A DNA stretch of 64,000 nucleotides from Octopus sinensis (Eukaryota), in contig NC_043023.1 of assembly GCF_006345805.1 (NCBI RefSeq), positions 5,394,001 to 5,458,000 of the forward strand, written 5' to 3'. The notes under the pieces were generated by a model. That model made no database searches. It was not told the DNA's origin and was given only the letters and a program-made list of their open reading frames with translations. The translations under genes and the position numbers were made by a program. Of the stretch, positions 39,771-51,710 are shown one piece after another (position 1 is the stretch's first letter; each line of letters starts with the position of its first letter).

Positions 39771-40927
39771 TTTATGTGTCCTTAGCTTACACTTGGTACA
39801 TCTTACGGAATTCCTACCTATGCTTTTTTTACAGATTAATCAGAGCTATTTACTTGAAGGGGTTAGACACACACACACACTCACACACGTTGACACATAC
39901 AAACATTCATGTATAAGTACTTGACCTTAAATTTATCTGTTTTTAATAGCTTCGTAAATATAGAGAATTGGTGATAATAACCTCTATGTTATCTGTTTAA
40001 TGAGTTGAGAGAAGATGAGTAAGAAATAGGTCTGGTTTTTTTTCACTGCTTACACAGAATGTTCTACACTGTTTTATCCTGTAAAGGTGACAACACATTA
40101 CATGGGGTGGAGAAGGGGAGGAGAATTGCACCGTGTAGAATAGGGTAACCTTTTGATTGATGTTTGTTTGTGTTAAACTGTGAAGTAGGTGACTCACTGC
40201 TAATTAAAGTAAACGATGGCCTTTGTTCAAAGATTGCTCATAGGTGCAACGATGGCTGTGTGGTAAGAAGTTTGCTTCCCAACCACATGGTTCAGGGTTC
40301 AGTCCCACTGCGTGGCACCTTGGACAAATGTCTTCTAAATGTCTGACCAAAGCCTTGTGAGTGGATATGGTAGATGAAAACTGAAAGAAGCCCATCATGT
40401 GTGTGTGTGTCTTCGTGTCCCACCACTATTTGACAACTAGTCTCAAAAGAAACTGATATAACAGGTACCAAGGAGACCCCCCGTCGGTCATGAATAACCA
40501 TGCGGTGGCACCCGGAAAGTTACCCTCCAAGGCACAAGTCCGAGCAAAGTTTTTTGTGGAAGGCCAGCAGTCACCCAAGCATACCAGCCTCCCCTCTTGT
40601 TATCCAAGAGAAAGGCAAAGGGGCCGATACAGCTTGGCACCAGTGATGTCGCAACTCATTTCTACAGCTGAGTTAACTGGAGCAAAGTGGAATAAAGTGT
40701 CTTGCTCAAGAACACAACATGCAGCCCATTCCGGGAATCAAACTCACAACCTCATGATCGTAAGCTCAACGCTCTAACCACTGAGCCATGCGCCTTCACA
40801 ATAAGTACCGCACTTTACAGAAAATAATATGTAGTCAGTTTGTTCCACTAAATTTCTTCAAGGTGGTTCCCAAGCATGGTCACAGTCTAATGATTGAAAC
40901 AAGTAAAAGATAAAAAATATATATATA

Positions 40928-41099
40928 GGCATAGGAGTGGCTGTGTGGTAAGTAGCTTGCCTACAAACCACATGGTTCTGGGTTCAGTCCCACTGCGTGG
41001 TACCTTGGGCAAGTGTCTTCTACTATAGCCTCGGGCTGACCAAAGCCTTGTGAGTGGATTTGGTAGGCGGAAACTGGAAGAAGCCCGTCGTATATATGG

Positions 41100-41157
<58 letters not shown>

Positions 41158-41358
41158 TTGAGTGTCTGTGTTTGTCCTCCCAACATCACTTGACAAGTGA
41201 TGCTGGTGTGTTTACATCCCCGTAACTTAGTGGTTCGGCAAAAGAGACCAATAGAATAAGTACCAGATTTACATAGAATAAGTCCTAGGGTCAATTTGCT
41301 TGACTAAAGGTGGTGCTCCAGCATGGCCACAGTCAAATGACTGAAACAAGTAAAAGAG
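40928..41358 (+). mobile_element. Family A SINE, full length (an older copy at ~40252-40915 is split by a D-head SINE at 40480-40799, -)
   Basis: Head/body motifs. The nested element has a reversed tRNA-like head ...ctctaaccactgagccatgcgccttcac. Confidence 0.85.
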
Positions 41359-41451
41359 ATAGCTTTTAAAACTGATTGAATCACACTGCTAACACAGGCA
41401 GGAGACAGTATTGACTGATGAAGCCTTTAATATACTTTGAAGTATATTCAT

Positions 41452-42210
41452 CATCATCATTGAACATCCATGATTCATGCTGGCATGGGTTGGATGGTTT
41501 GACAGGAGCTGGCAAGCTGGAGGGCTGCACCAGGCCCCAGTTTGAGTTGGCATGGTAACTATGGCTGGATGCCCTTCTTAACGCCAACCACTTTGCAGGG
41601 TGTGCTGGGTGCTCTAATGTGGCACTACATGAGTGCTCTCATGTGGCACCAGCACACAACTCTTTCAGGTCAATCCTCTTCGCCAGAGGTGCAGCCTTAA
41701 CACTTCTGTTGTGGAATATAGGTCTTCATGAGTACAACATGGTGCCAGGTATTTCAGTATTCAGCTGAGGTCAGCTTTGCCTTACATCCTTTTGGGATCG
41801 ATTAAATAAGTACCAGTTATGCACTGGGGTCGATATAATCGACTTAATCCGTTTGTCTGTCCTTGTTTGTCCCCTCTGTGTGTAGCCCCTTGTGGGCAGT
41901 AAAGAAATAGGTATCTCAGTTCTTTGTCATCTTGTTGGAAAGGTTCAGCATGCTGAGGTGTCCTTTAGTCCTTTGTCCTGTGTCTTCCTCATCTCCCTCT
42001 TCCACGTGTTCCATCTACTTTGAGAGATCAGTGCTTTTTTGTGAGCTGTCAGCATCCATCTGCATCATATGACCAAAGCAGTGCAGTCTTCTCACTGCTC
42101 ACTGCATCTAATTCCTCTTATGCCTAACTTCTCTCTCAATACACGAAACTCCGTAGAACATATACACTTACATTACACATCCAGTGGAGAATACTGGCCT
42201 CACTCCTCTT
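41452..42210 (-). mobile_element. RTE-clade LINE 3' part, interrupted by a family B SINE fragment (~41790-41915)
   Basis: (cat)n tail, ggatgcccttc motif and 3'UTR repeats shared with 44950-45886. Confidence 0.75.
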
Positions 42211-42286
42211 AATATACTTGTTGATAAGATATTATGGCTGCATAATGAAATACGGTATCCCTACAAGCAATTAAGATAAACATATA

Positions 42287-42699
42287 GGCGGCGAGCTGGC
42301 AGAAACGTTAGCACGTCGGGCGAAATGCTTAGCGGTATTTCGTCTGCCGTTATGTTCTGAGTTCAAATTCTGCCGAGGTCGACTTTGCTTTTCATCCTTT
42401 CGGGGTTGATTAAATAAGTACCAGTTACACACTGGGGTCGATGTAATCGACTTAATCCCTTTGTCTGTCCTTGTTTGTCCTCTCTGTGTTTAGCCCCTTG
42501 TGGGTAGTAAAGAAATAAGTATTTCGTCTGCCGTTACGTTCTGAGTTCAAATTCCGCCGAGGTTGACATTTCCTTTCATCCTTTCAGGGTCAATAAATTG
42601 AGTACCAGTTACGCACTGGGATCGATGTAATCGACTTAATCCCTTTGTCTGTCCTTGTTTGTCCCCTCTATGTTTAGCCTCTTGTGGGCAATAAAGAAA
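42287..42699 (+). mobile_element. Family B SINE tandem 1.8-mer with a single flanking TSD
   Basis: The second unit restarts at gtatttcgtctgccgttacg (~42518). taagataaa(c/g)atata flanks both ends. Confidence 0.8.
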
Positions 42700-42952
42700 T
42701 AAGATAAAGATATATATATGCATAAAGGCAGCAAGTTGGCAGAATTGTTACTTTGCTGGGTAAAATGCTTAGTGGCAATTCATCTGTCATAATGTTCTGA
42801 GTTCAAATTCCACCGAGGTCGACTTAGCCTTTCATCCCTTTTGGTACTGATAAAATGAGTACCAGTCAAGCACTGGGGTTGATATAATTAACTAGCTCCC
42901 TCCCACCAAAAATTTCAGGCCTTGTGTCTATAGTAGGAAGGATTATTATTAC

Positions 42953-43195
42953 CTCTGCCTTAGCGAAAGTGGAGGTATTGTTTTCAGTCATGTTGGTTTG
43001 TCCATGGTCATCTCAAGAACCTCTGGATGGATTCGGATGAAACTTTCAGGGATGTTTGGCCTCGTGACTGGCACGAACATTATCATCCCATTTCCATTGT
43101 ACACACACACACACGCACGCAAACGTACCTTAATTCCTCTCCAGTCTACAAATGTCCTCTGCAGTCTTGGCCCACGTCTCACTACCATGTAATTG
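42953..43195 (+). mobile_element. Helentron-associated (HINE/DINE-1-like) non-autonomous fragment
   Basis: Starts ttattacctctgcc...ggaggtattgttttc...ggattcggatgaaacttt, resembling HINE 5' ends I know from other animals. Confidence 0.4.
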
Positions 43196-43415
43196 AGCTG
43201 TTTTCACACAGGCATCATACAATGTGACCACGTGTGTACCGTTGGTGATTTTTTTCCCCCGTCTTGGATCTTTCCTTTTTCTTCTGACGAAAAGCTCCGC
43301 TCGAAACGTTAAACCCTCCTTCTTCCCTTCCTTCCTGAGCGTCCAATAATACTATACTTGTTCCACGTCCTTGCATTGTTGTGTGTTCTCTGTGTTTTCA
43401 TGTTTGGATTAACTT

Positions 43416-43456
<41 letters not shown>

Positions 43457-43900
43457 ACATAAATATGTACACAAACACACGCACACACACAAAGAGCAAA
43501 GTAGTTTGAAGAAATTTTATTTAACAATAAAAAAATTCTGTCACAACAAATTGTTTCATAACTATATATTCTAGATGTTTTATAAAATGATACATTAAGG
43601 AGTTTCTTAAGTACTACTGGATTACTTGAATCCATATATTGTGACTTAAATGTTTGTGTATATATATATGTGTGTGTGTTTATTTATATACATATATTCT
43701 TTTACTTGTTTCAGTCATTTGACTGCAGCCATGCTGGAGCACCACCTTAAGGGGCTTTTAGTCGAAGAAATTGACCCCAGAACTTATTCCTAGTATTTAT
43801 TTTATTGGTCTCTTTTGCCAAACTGTTAAGTTATGGTGATGTAAAGACATGAACATCGGTTGTAAAGTGATAGTGGGGAACAAACACAGACGCATACATG

Positions 43901-43931
<31 letters not shown>

Positions 43932-44075
43932 ACACACACATACACTCACACACATACACACACACATACAACAGGCGAGTGCCGCCTGACTGGCTTCCGT
44001 ACTGGTGGCACATAAAATGCACCATCGGAATGTGATCAATGCCAGTGCCCCTTGACTGGTTCCCATGCTAGTGAC

Positions 44076-44114
<39 letters not shown>

Positions 44115-44116
<2 letters not shown>

Positions 44117-44947
44117 GATATATTAAGTGCAAATACCAATGGACCAGCACAGGATCGGTTTAGGAAGGACATTATCCAATTGATGAAAACTTTCGGTCTT
44201 AGCATAAGTACAAATACCAACCTAACAGTTGTCAATTTCCTTTAGATCTAAATAAGAATATTTACAAACCTTATAGGAAGCCCAATGATAGACTTAGTTA
44301 TATTAATGTGGGTTCCTGCCATTCCCCCATAGTGTTTAAAAATTTAGTTAAAAACATTAGCAAAAGAATTTCTAGCCTTTCCTCCGATAAAGACATTTTT
44401 TTGTAGTGTTGTCCCAGTATATAATAAGGCTCTAAAAGATAGTGGAATTAGTGAGGAAATAACCTATACACCTGCCACTAATCCAATAATAAAGAAAAGG
44501 AAACACAGGCATAGGAAAACTATCTGTTTCACACACCCCTACTCACCCAAAGTGACCTTTGATATAGGCAAGTATTTCTTAGCACTGATAGACATTTTCC
44601 AGTCAACCACACTTACAGAAAGTAGACGTAACTTAAAAATCAGTTTTAAAAACATAATTGCATACAGCACACCATACAAAACCAGCTGTTCATGCAGGGA
44701 TAAAAATTTATGCCCACCGAATGGAGCTTGCATGTCCGAGACCATAATTTATGAAGCCAGCGTGGACTCTATATCCACTAAGGACACGGTTTCGATGAAG
44801 AAATACATGGGCCTTACAGAAGGTAATTTCAAGGCCAGGTTCAATAATAACACCTTGAGCTTCAGGCACTGGGATAAAAGGAAAACAACCCAATTATCCA
44901 GTCATATATGGTCCTTAAAAGATAAAGGTGTTAGTTACAACATCCAA
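44115..44947 (+). mobile_element. Penelope-like element fragment (RT thumb region plus GIY-YIG endonuclease), degenerate
   Basis: KPYRKPND...YINVGSCHSP...TPPYSPKVTFDIGKYFLALID, then CSCRDKNLCPPNGACMSETIIYEASV...KYMGLTEGNFKARFNNN...SSHIWSLKDKG. Truncated by the RTE insertion at 44950. Confidence 0.85.
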
Positions 44948-44949
44948 CG

Positions 44950-45883
44950 GCATCATCATCATTTAGCATCCGTTTTCCATGCTAGCATGGGTTGGACGGT
45001 TCAACTGGGGTCTGGGAAGCCAGAAGGCTGCACCAGGCTCCAGTCTGATCTGACAGTGTTTCTACAGCTGGATGCCCTTCCTAACACCAACCACTCCATG
45101 AATGTAGTGGGTGCTTTTTATGTGCCACCAGCATAGGTATCACAACTACAATTTCCATTTGATATTTATTTTGATGTTGATGTACTTGACTCAATAGGTC
45201 TACTCAAGCACAGCAGATCACCCTATGATCCAAGGTAAGCACAGCAGGCCATCCTGCGATCCAAGGTACTTTGGATGAACTGGGGCTGCTATGTGAAGCT
45301 GGTGCAGGAAACAGCCATGAACTCACGTTATTTGTCAGGTCTTCGCAGTCACAGCACATTTCCAGAGGTCTCGGTTTTTTGTTATTGCCTCTGTGAGGCC
45401 CAACATATGAAGGTCATGCTTGACCACCTGATCCCGTGTCTTCCTGGGTCTACCTCTACTTCCTTCAACTGTTGGGGGTGGCACTTCTTCACACAGCTAT
45501 CCTCATTCATCCGTTGTACAAACATCTCTCTTGCACGCCACATTTGATGCTTCTTATGTCCAGTATTTCTCTCAGGACACATACACTCTGTTGTGAGTGC
45601 ACACTGACATTACACATCCAGCAGATCATGCTAGCTTCATTTCTTTCAAGCCTACGCATGTCCTCTGCAGTCACAGCTCATATTTCACTGCCGTGAAGCA
45701 TGACAGTTCACACACATGCATCATACAATCTACCTTTCACTCTGAACGAGAGACCCTTTGTCGCCAGTAGGGGAAGAAGCTTCCTAAACTTCACCCAGGC
45801 TATTCTTATTCTAGTGGTGACACTCTCTGAGCATCCACCTCCACTGCTAACTTGGTCACATAGGTAGCAGAAACTATCAACTA

Positions 45884-45886
<3 letters not shown>
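44950..45886 (-). mobile_element. RTE-clade LINE, 5'-truncated, with (GAT)n tail
   Basis: [37 protein letters not shown]... and VQRMNEDSCVKKCH on the minus strand. (cat)n tail at ~44951. Confidence 0.9.
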
Positions 45887-45933
<47 letters not shown>

Positions 45934-45987
45934 ATACACATATATATACACACATATATATATATATATAGACACACATATATACAC

Positions 45988-46020
<33 letters not shown>

Positions 46021-46053
46021 TATATACATATATATATACACACATATATACAC

Positions 46054-46096
<43 letters not shown>

Positions 46097-47810
46097 CATA
46101 TATATAAAGAAGCATTGGTTATAGAACAAACCTTAAATTTGGGTCAATGACTTTACATACAACACCATCCCCCAAAACATTTAATCATATATTTAAATCA
46201 CCATAGTTTTCAAACACATAAAAAATAACACACATTCATAAAATCACAGAAGGTAGAAATATATTCAAATAAAATACAAACAGAACAGCCAATCAAAGAG
46301 TTAAATATACTCGACTAAAAATTCATAAACTACCAAAAGACCTATAGACAAATATTAAATAAAGATAGAAATATAATACGATATAATAAATCTACACTGA
46401 CTAAAAAAGGATGTTTCATCAGCCTCTTTCGTTTACGGAATTTCCTATCAAAATTCCCCAGCATCTTATTTCTTGACCTGATGTAAGTGGAAGAAATTAT
46501 GTCCTTTCTTTCATAGTGACACCATCACCACCACTGCCACCATTTCTGTCACCACCATCAACATCATCATTACCACCACCACCATCACCATGACACAAGT
46601 GATGGAAATGACATGGTGGTTGTGGTTGTCCTACTTTTCAGCTTTCAGTGTTTGGTGTTGTTGATGGTGGCAATTAGTGGTTTTGTTGGTGTTGGTGGCG
46701 GGGCTGCAAATGGCTGCGCTACGATTGTTGATACTGATAATGTTTACGGTGTTGATACAATGGGCGAAATACTTTGCGGTATTTCGGCTGCCATTACGTT
46801 CTGAGTTCAAATTCCGCCAAGGTCGACTTTGCCTTTCATCCTTTCGGGGTCGATAAATTAAGTACCAGTTATGCACTGGGGTCGATGTAATCGACTTAAT
46901 CCCTTTGTCTGTCCTTGTTTGTCCCCTCTGTATTTAGTCCCTTGTGGGTAGTAAAGAAATAGATAGTGAAGGCAAATGGCTTGGTGGTTAGGGTATTCGG
47001 CCCACGATCATAAGATCGTCAGTTCAATTCCCAGCAATTCATTATTTCCTTCAGCAAGACACTTTATTCCATGTTCCTCCAGACCACTCAGCTGGCAGAA
47101 ATGGGCACTACCTGTATCTCAAAGGCCCACCTTTGTCACATTCTATGTCACACTGAATCTCCCTGAGATCTAAGTTAAAAATACATGTGTCTGTGGAATA
47201 CTCAACCACTTGCACATAAATTTCACCAGCAGGTTGTTCTATTGATCACGTCAACTGTAACTCCTTTTGTCATAACGGATGGAATGCCAGTTTTTAGTGA
47301 AAGCACTGGGCTTAAAATAAGAAGTACGGCAGTTGATTTGCTCGACTAAAATGCTTTCAGGCAAAGCCCCAGCATAGCCAAAAGTCTGTGCCTGGTATAA
47401 TGATTTTTTTTCTTTTAGAAAGTTCCAGGTGCAGATGTATCTGGTTGGTAAGAAGCTCACTTCCTAATCATGTGGTTCTTGGTTCAGTCCCACTGTATGG
47501 CACCTTGGGAAAAGTGTCTTCTATTATAGCCTCGGGCCAAGCAAAGTTTTGTGAGTGGATTTGATAGATAGAAAGTGAAAGTAGCCTGTCGTCCCCGCTT
47601 TCTTTTGGACACATAAGAAGCATAGTGCTATCACAGGAAGGTTAATGGAGAAAATAGCCTTTTTGTGTGGCAAATGTGTGGGTACAATAAGCATTAAAAA
47701 GTGGGGGATCATTAGAAATAGTAGATGGCTTCTGTTATCTAGGGGAGCAAGTTAGTAGTGGAGGAGCAAGTTCTAAATGTGTAACTGCTAGAATAAAAAC
47801 AGGTTGATCA

Positions 47811-47897
47811 AAGTACAGAGAGCTCCTACCTTTGTTGGTAACTAAGGGCCTTAGTTAAGGCCTTAGTTACCAACAAAGGTAGGAGCTCTCTGTACTT
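47811..47897. repeat. Perfect 37-bp inverted repeat, 13-nt loop
   Basis: aagtacagagagctcctacctttgttggtaactaagg (47811-47847) is the exact reverse complement of 47861-47897. Confidence 0.97.
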
Positions 47898-48647
47898 GAG
47901 GGTGTGGATTAGGGGAAGTGACAGGATGTTGTCTGTTTTAGACACAGCAAATGATTTTAGCTCAAAAGAGGGCATAGGATTGGTTAAAATTCGAAAAATT
48001 AAACAACGTTAAACTTACAAATTACAATTTTCTCAAGAAAGCCAAGAGAAAAAAATGTTTTATTTTGACACATTCTACCAGTATACGAAGTTTAAAAGTT
48101 AACTAGAAATTGTGTTGAAAACTGCCATTCAAAAGGAAAAGATCCAAATTTCCACTTATTTCTTATTTCTATTTTTAAATTTTCGTTGCGTCTTGCAACC
48201 TTTTCAGTAGTCTTGATTCTGTCCGTTATTTGGTAAAAGATAAATCGTTTTTAATGCTTTCAGGAGGGAGAAAAACATTCTAATTCGATTGTGCAACGTA
48301 GTTTAATTTCTCGTCTTCTTTATTCTCGTTAACCAACCTTAAAACAATTGAAATAACTGAAGGTTGAGATAAACAGGAAATTGGGTGTGTGTGTGTGTTT
48401 GGATTTCTCTCTCTCTCTTTTTCTATCTATATCTGTCTTCTGTGTAGTCTTATCTGTTGTGCTTTCCCACTGCGGTTGTGTGTGTGTTTGGGTTTCTCTC
48501 TCTTTCTTTGTGTGAATTTGTATGTGTGTTTTCTCTCTGTGTTGGTGTGTGTGTGTGCGCGCGGTTTTTTTTTCTTGTGTGTGATTATTCATGTCTGTGT
48601 ATACAAGACGTATATGTAGGAATGTCTATAACTATTGTACACACACA

Positions 48648-48680
<33 letters not shown>

Positions 48681-49213
48681 ATCTCTCCCTATCTATCTCT
48701 CTGGGAAATTCCCAGTAAACTGACCTAGTGCTAAATAATTCGGCTTTTGTTTTGATGGTAGTTTTGTAACAGATGGTGGTTGTTGCTCATGTGATTTTGG
48801 TTGCTGTTAGTCGTGGTGGAAATATAATAGGAGTGGTGGTGATGTGACCTGTTTGCTTGTCTCTCCTTTTCTTCTAAGATGTGTGTATGTGTGGAGGCAC
48901 ATGGCCTAGTGGTTAGAGCAGCGGACTCGCGGTCAAGGGATCGCGGGTTCGAATCTCAGACCGGGCGATGTGTGTGTTTATGAGTGAAATACCTAAGCTC
49001 CATGCGGCTCCAACAGAAGGTAATGGCGAACTTCTGCTGACTCTTTCGCCACAACTGGCTGTAATAAGAAGCTTGCTTCCTAATTACATGGTTCCGAGTT
49101 CAGTCCCACTGCGTGACACCTTGGACCAGTGTCTTCTACTATAGCCTCGAGCTAACCAAAGCCTTGTGAGTGGATTTGGTAGACGAAAACTGAAAGAAGC
49201 CCGTCGTATATAT

Positions 49214-49255
<42 letters not shown>

Positions 49256-50171
49256 ATATATATATATCATGAAGTATATTTGCCACTTAAATGTGGCTAA
49301 CCCTAAGGGTGGATGCTACAGTAGCTTGTAGCCCCAGGAGGACACCTCCTCCAGCTGGTTATTGACACACTTTCTGTGCCCTATCAGTATGTAACGGCAA
49401 AAAGTGGATTTGTAAACAATATTATTGACGATGTAGGAGTCAGCTAGTAGCAATACTGATGTATGTATATATGTATGTATGCGTGTATGTGTGTATGTAT
49501 GCGTGTATGTGTGTATGTATATATGTATATGTGTGTGTGTGTGTTTGTATCTGTTTGTCACCCCCACCACCACTTGACAACCGATGGTGGTGTGTTTACG
49601 TCCCCGTAACTTAGCGGTTCGGCAAAAGAGAACCGATAGAATAAGTACTCGGCTTACAAAGAATAAGCCCTGGGGTCGATTTGCTCCAGCATGGCCACAG
49701 TCAAATGATTGAAACAGGTAATGCCATATATATGTGTGTGTGTGTGTGTGTGTACGTATGTATATACAAATATATGTGTGTGCGTATATATAATAGTAGG
49801 CGTATGTTTTGTAATGGTTTATCTGTAGTGCTGGTGGTGGTGGTGGTGGTGGTGGTTGGAAGTCACTGAACTAAAATGTCAAACGCCCACCAACACGTTT
49901 CTACAATTGGTGTCATAGTCATGTCTGTGGCAACGACAATTATGGCTTATGACAATGGACAACTGAGTGTAAATCCCAAATCTGTAGACATTTGTGGGAA
50001 ATCCCCAAGACGTGGGTGTTTAGGCTATGATTACACTTATTGATGTTGTTGCTATACACACCTACACACACACGTAACCACGTGTCTACACACGTTACGC
50101 CATGTCTTCCTCCCTCTTTCTCTCTTCCCCCCCTTTTTCGGATATATGATTCACTGACGATATATATATAC

Positions 50172-50465
50172 GGCGCAATGGCCCAGTGGTTAGGGCAGCG
50201 GACTCGCTGCTATAGGATCGCGGTTTCGATTCCCAGACCGGGCGTTGTGAGTGTTTATTGAGCGAAAACACCTTAAAAAAAAACTCCACGAGGGTGATGA
50301 TCCCTGCTGTACTCTTTCACCACTCTTTCTCCCACTCTTTCCTCTGTTGGCCTGCTCGCTTAGCCAGCGGGGTGGCGTCATTCGAAGGTTAAAACAATGC
50401 GAACGCATTGTGACCAGCGATGTGTAACAACATCTGATGGACTGGTCGGTCACGTAATCACGTAA
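50172..50465 (+). mobile_element. Family C SINE, tail type 2 (also 23204-23486)
   Basis: C head plus ggcctgctcgcttagccagcggggtgg...ggtcggtcacgt tail. Confidence 0.85.
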
Positions 50466-50466
50466 T

Positions 50467-50513
<47 letters not shown>

Positions 50514-50519
<6 letters not shown>

Positions 50520-51159
50520 ACAATTGAGGGTAAAATTAATTAATTAATCAATTTCACAAGTGTTCAGTATGTAAAAGGACCATTTAAGGCGAATTCAAAA
50601 TATTACATTATATAATAGGGCTTAGTAAAATAAATTACTTTGCCACATACTGAACTTAGTAGAAATAGCAGCCAAAAAAAAAATTTTCTTAGCATTTCTA
50701 CTACTTAAAGAAAATTTCTCTCAGATAATGTTTACTCTAGACAGCTCACGAAGGTTTGGGGGTAAATACAGAAAAATATCACAAGTACATAGATCGTTTG
50801 AGTACGTCAACGTTTCAAGATTAGCCAAATAAAATCAGCATTTCTTTCGTCAGCTCAAAATTTCTTAATTTGGATTTGGGAACACTAAAAAGAAGGAACT
50901 TACCTATCAGCGAACTTGTCGCTTCAGATGAACCACTCCAACTAAACAGGTGTCAACAAATTCAAAATGCGCAGGCGTGTAAAATTCTGCACTCCCCATT
51001 CCACCCACGTGGTCTATCTAGCAAACATTATATTTTAACCGCGAGAACCGAGGCAGTATGACCAAGAGAAATGAATTATAATATCAACAATTGAGGGTAA
51101 AATTAATTAATTAATCAATTTCACCAAGTGTTCAGTATGTAAAAGGACCATTTAAGGCG
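50514..51159. repeat. 78-79-bp direct repeats (50514-50591 and 51081-51159) bracketing ~490 bp
   Basis: atatcaacaattgagggtaaaattaattaattaatcaatttcac(c)aagtgttcagtatgtaaaaggaccatttaaggcg occurs twice. Confidence 0.9.
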
Positions 51160-51527
51160 TATATATATATATATATATATATTATACTCTTACTCTTTTA
51201 CTCTTTTACTTGTTTCAGTCATTTGACTGTGGCCATGTTGGAGCACTGCCTTTAGTCGAGCAAATCAACCCCAGGACTCATTCTTTATAAGCCCAGTACT
51301 TATTCTATCGGTCACTTTTGCCGAACCGCTAAGTTACGGCGACGTAAACACACCAGATTCGGTTGTCAAGCGATGTTGGGGGGACTAACACAGACACACA
51401 CACACACATACATACATATACATTTACAGAATAATTTATTATACACTAAAATAAATATATTCATCTCTTACTTGCTCTCTTTCTTTATATCTTATATATA
51501 TCTTCTTTTTTCTTTTTTTTTTTGTAG

Positions 51528-51637
51528 GTTCTCCAGAATTTTGAAGAGGAATCAAATTTGGTAGCAAATCATTTTGTTGGCCATTTGAAGGACCTTCCAG
51601 GTGACAAGTCCACCTCTCAGCACATACCTGTCCCCTG
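51528..51637 (+). other. Strong 3' splice site upstream of the TIFA-like ORF; either 5'UTR part of the large exon or a separate 110-nt exon
   Basis: Long polypyrimidine/T tract plus gtAG at 51501-51527. Internal donor CTG|GTATGT at 51637/51638. Phase-0 frame is open: VLQNFEEESNLVANHFVGHLKDLPGDKSTSQHIPVP. Confidence 0.45.
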
Positions 51638-51710
51638 GTATGTGTGTGTAGTTGTGCCATTTTGGTAGACTCAACAGAGAACAGCCAGGGGTAGGACAGC
51701 TCTCTGAAGG

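Noticed and set aside
46409-46438. Minus-strand GAAA...CTGATGA
   Set aside because: Only 4 nt separate the boxes, so there is no room for helices or NUH. Not a hammerhead.
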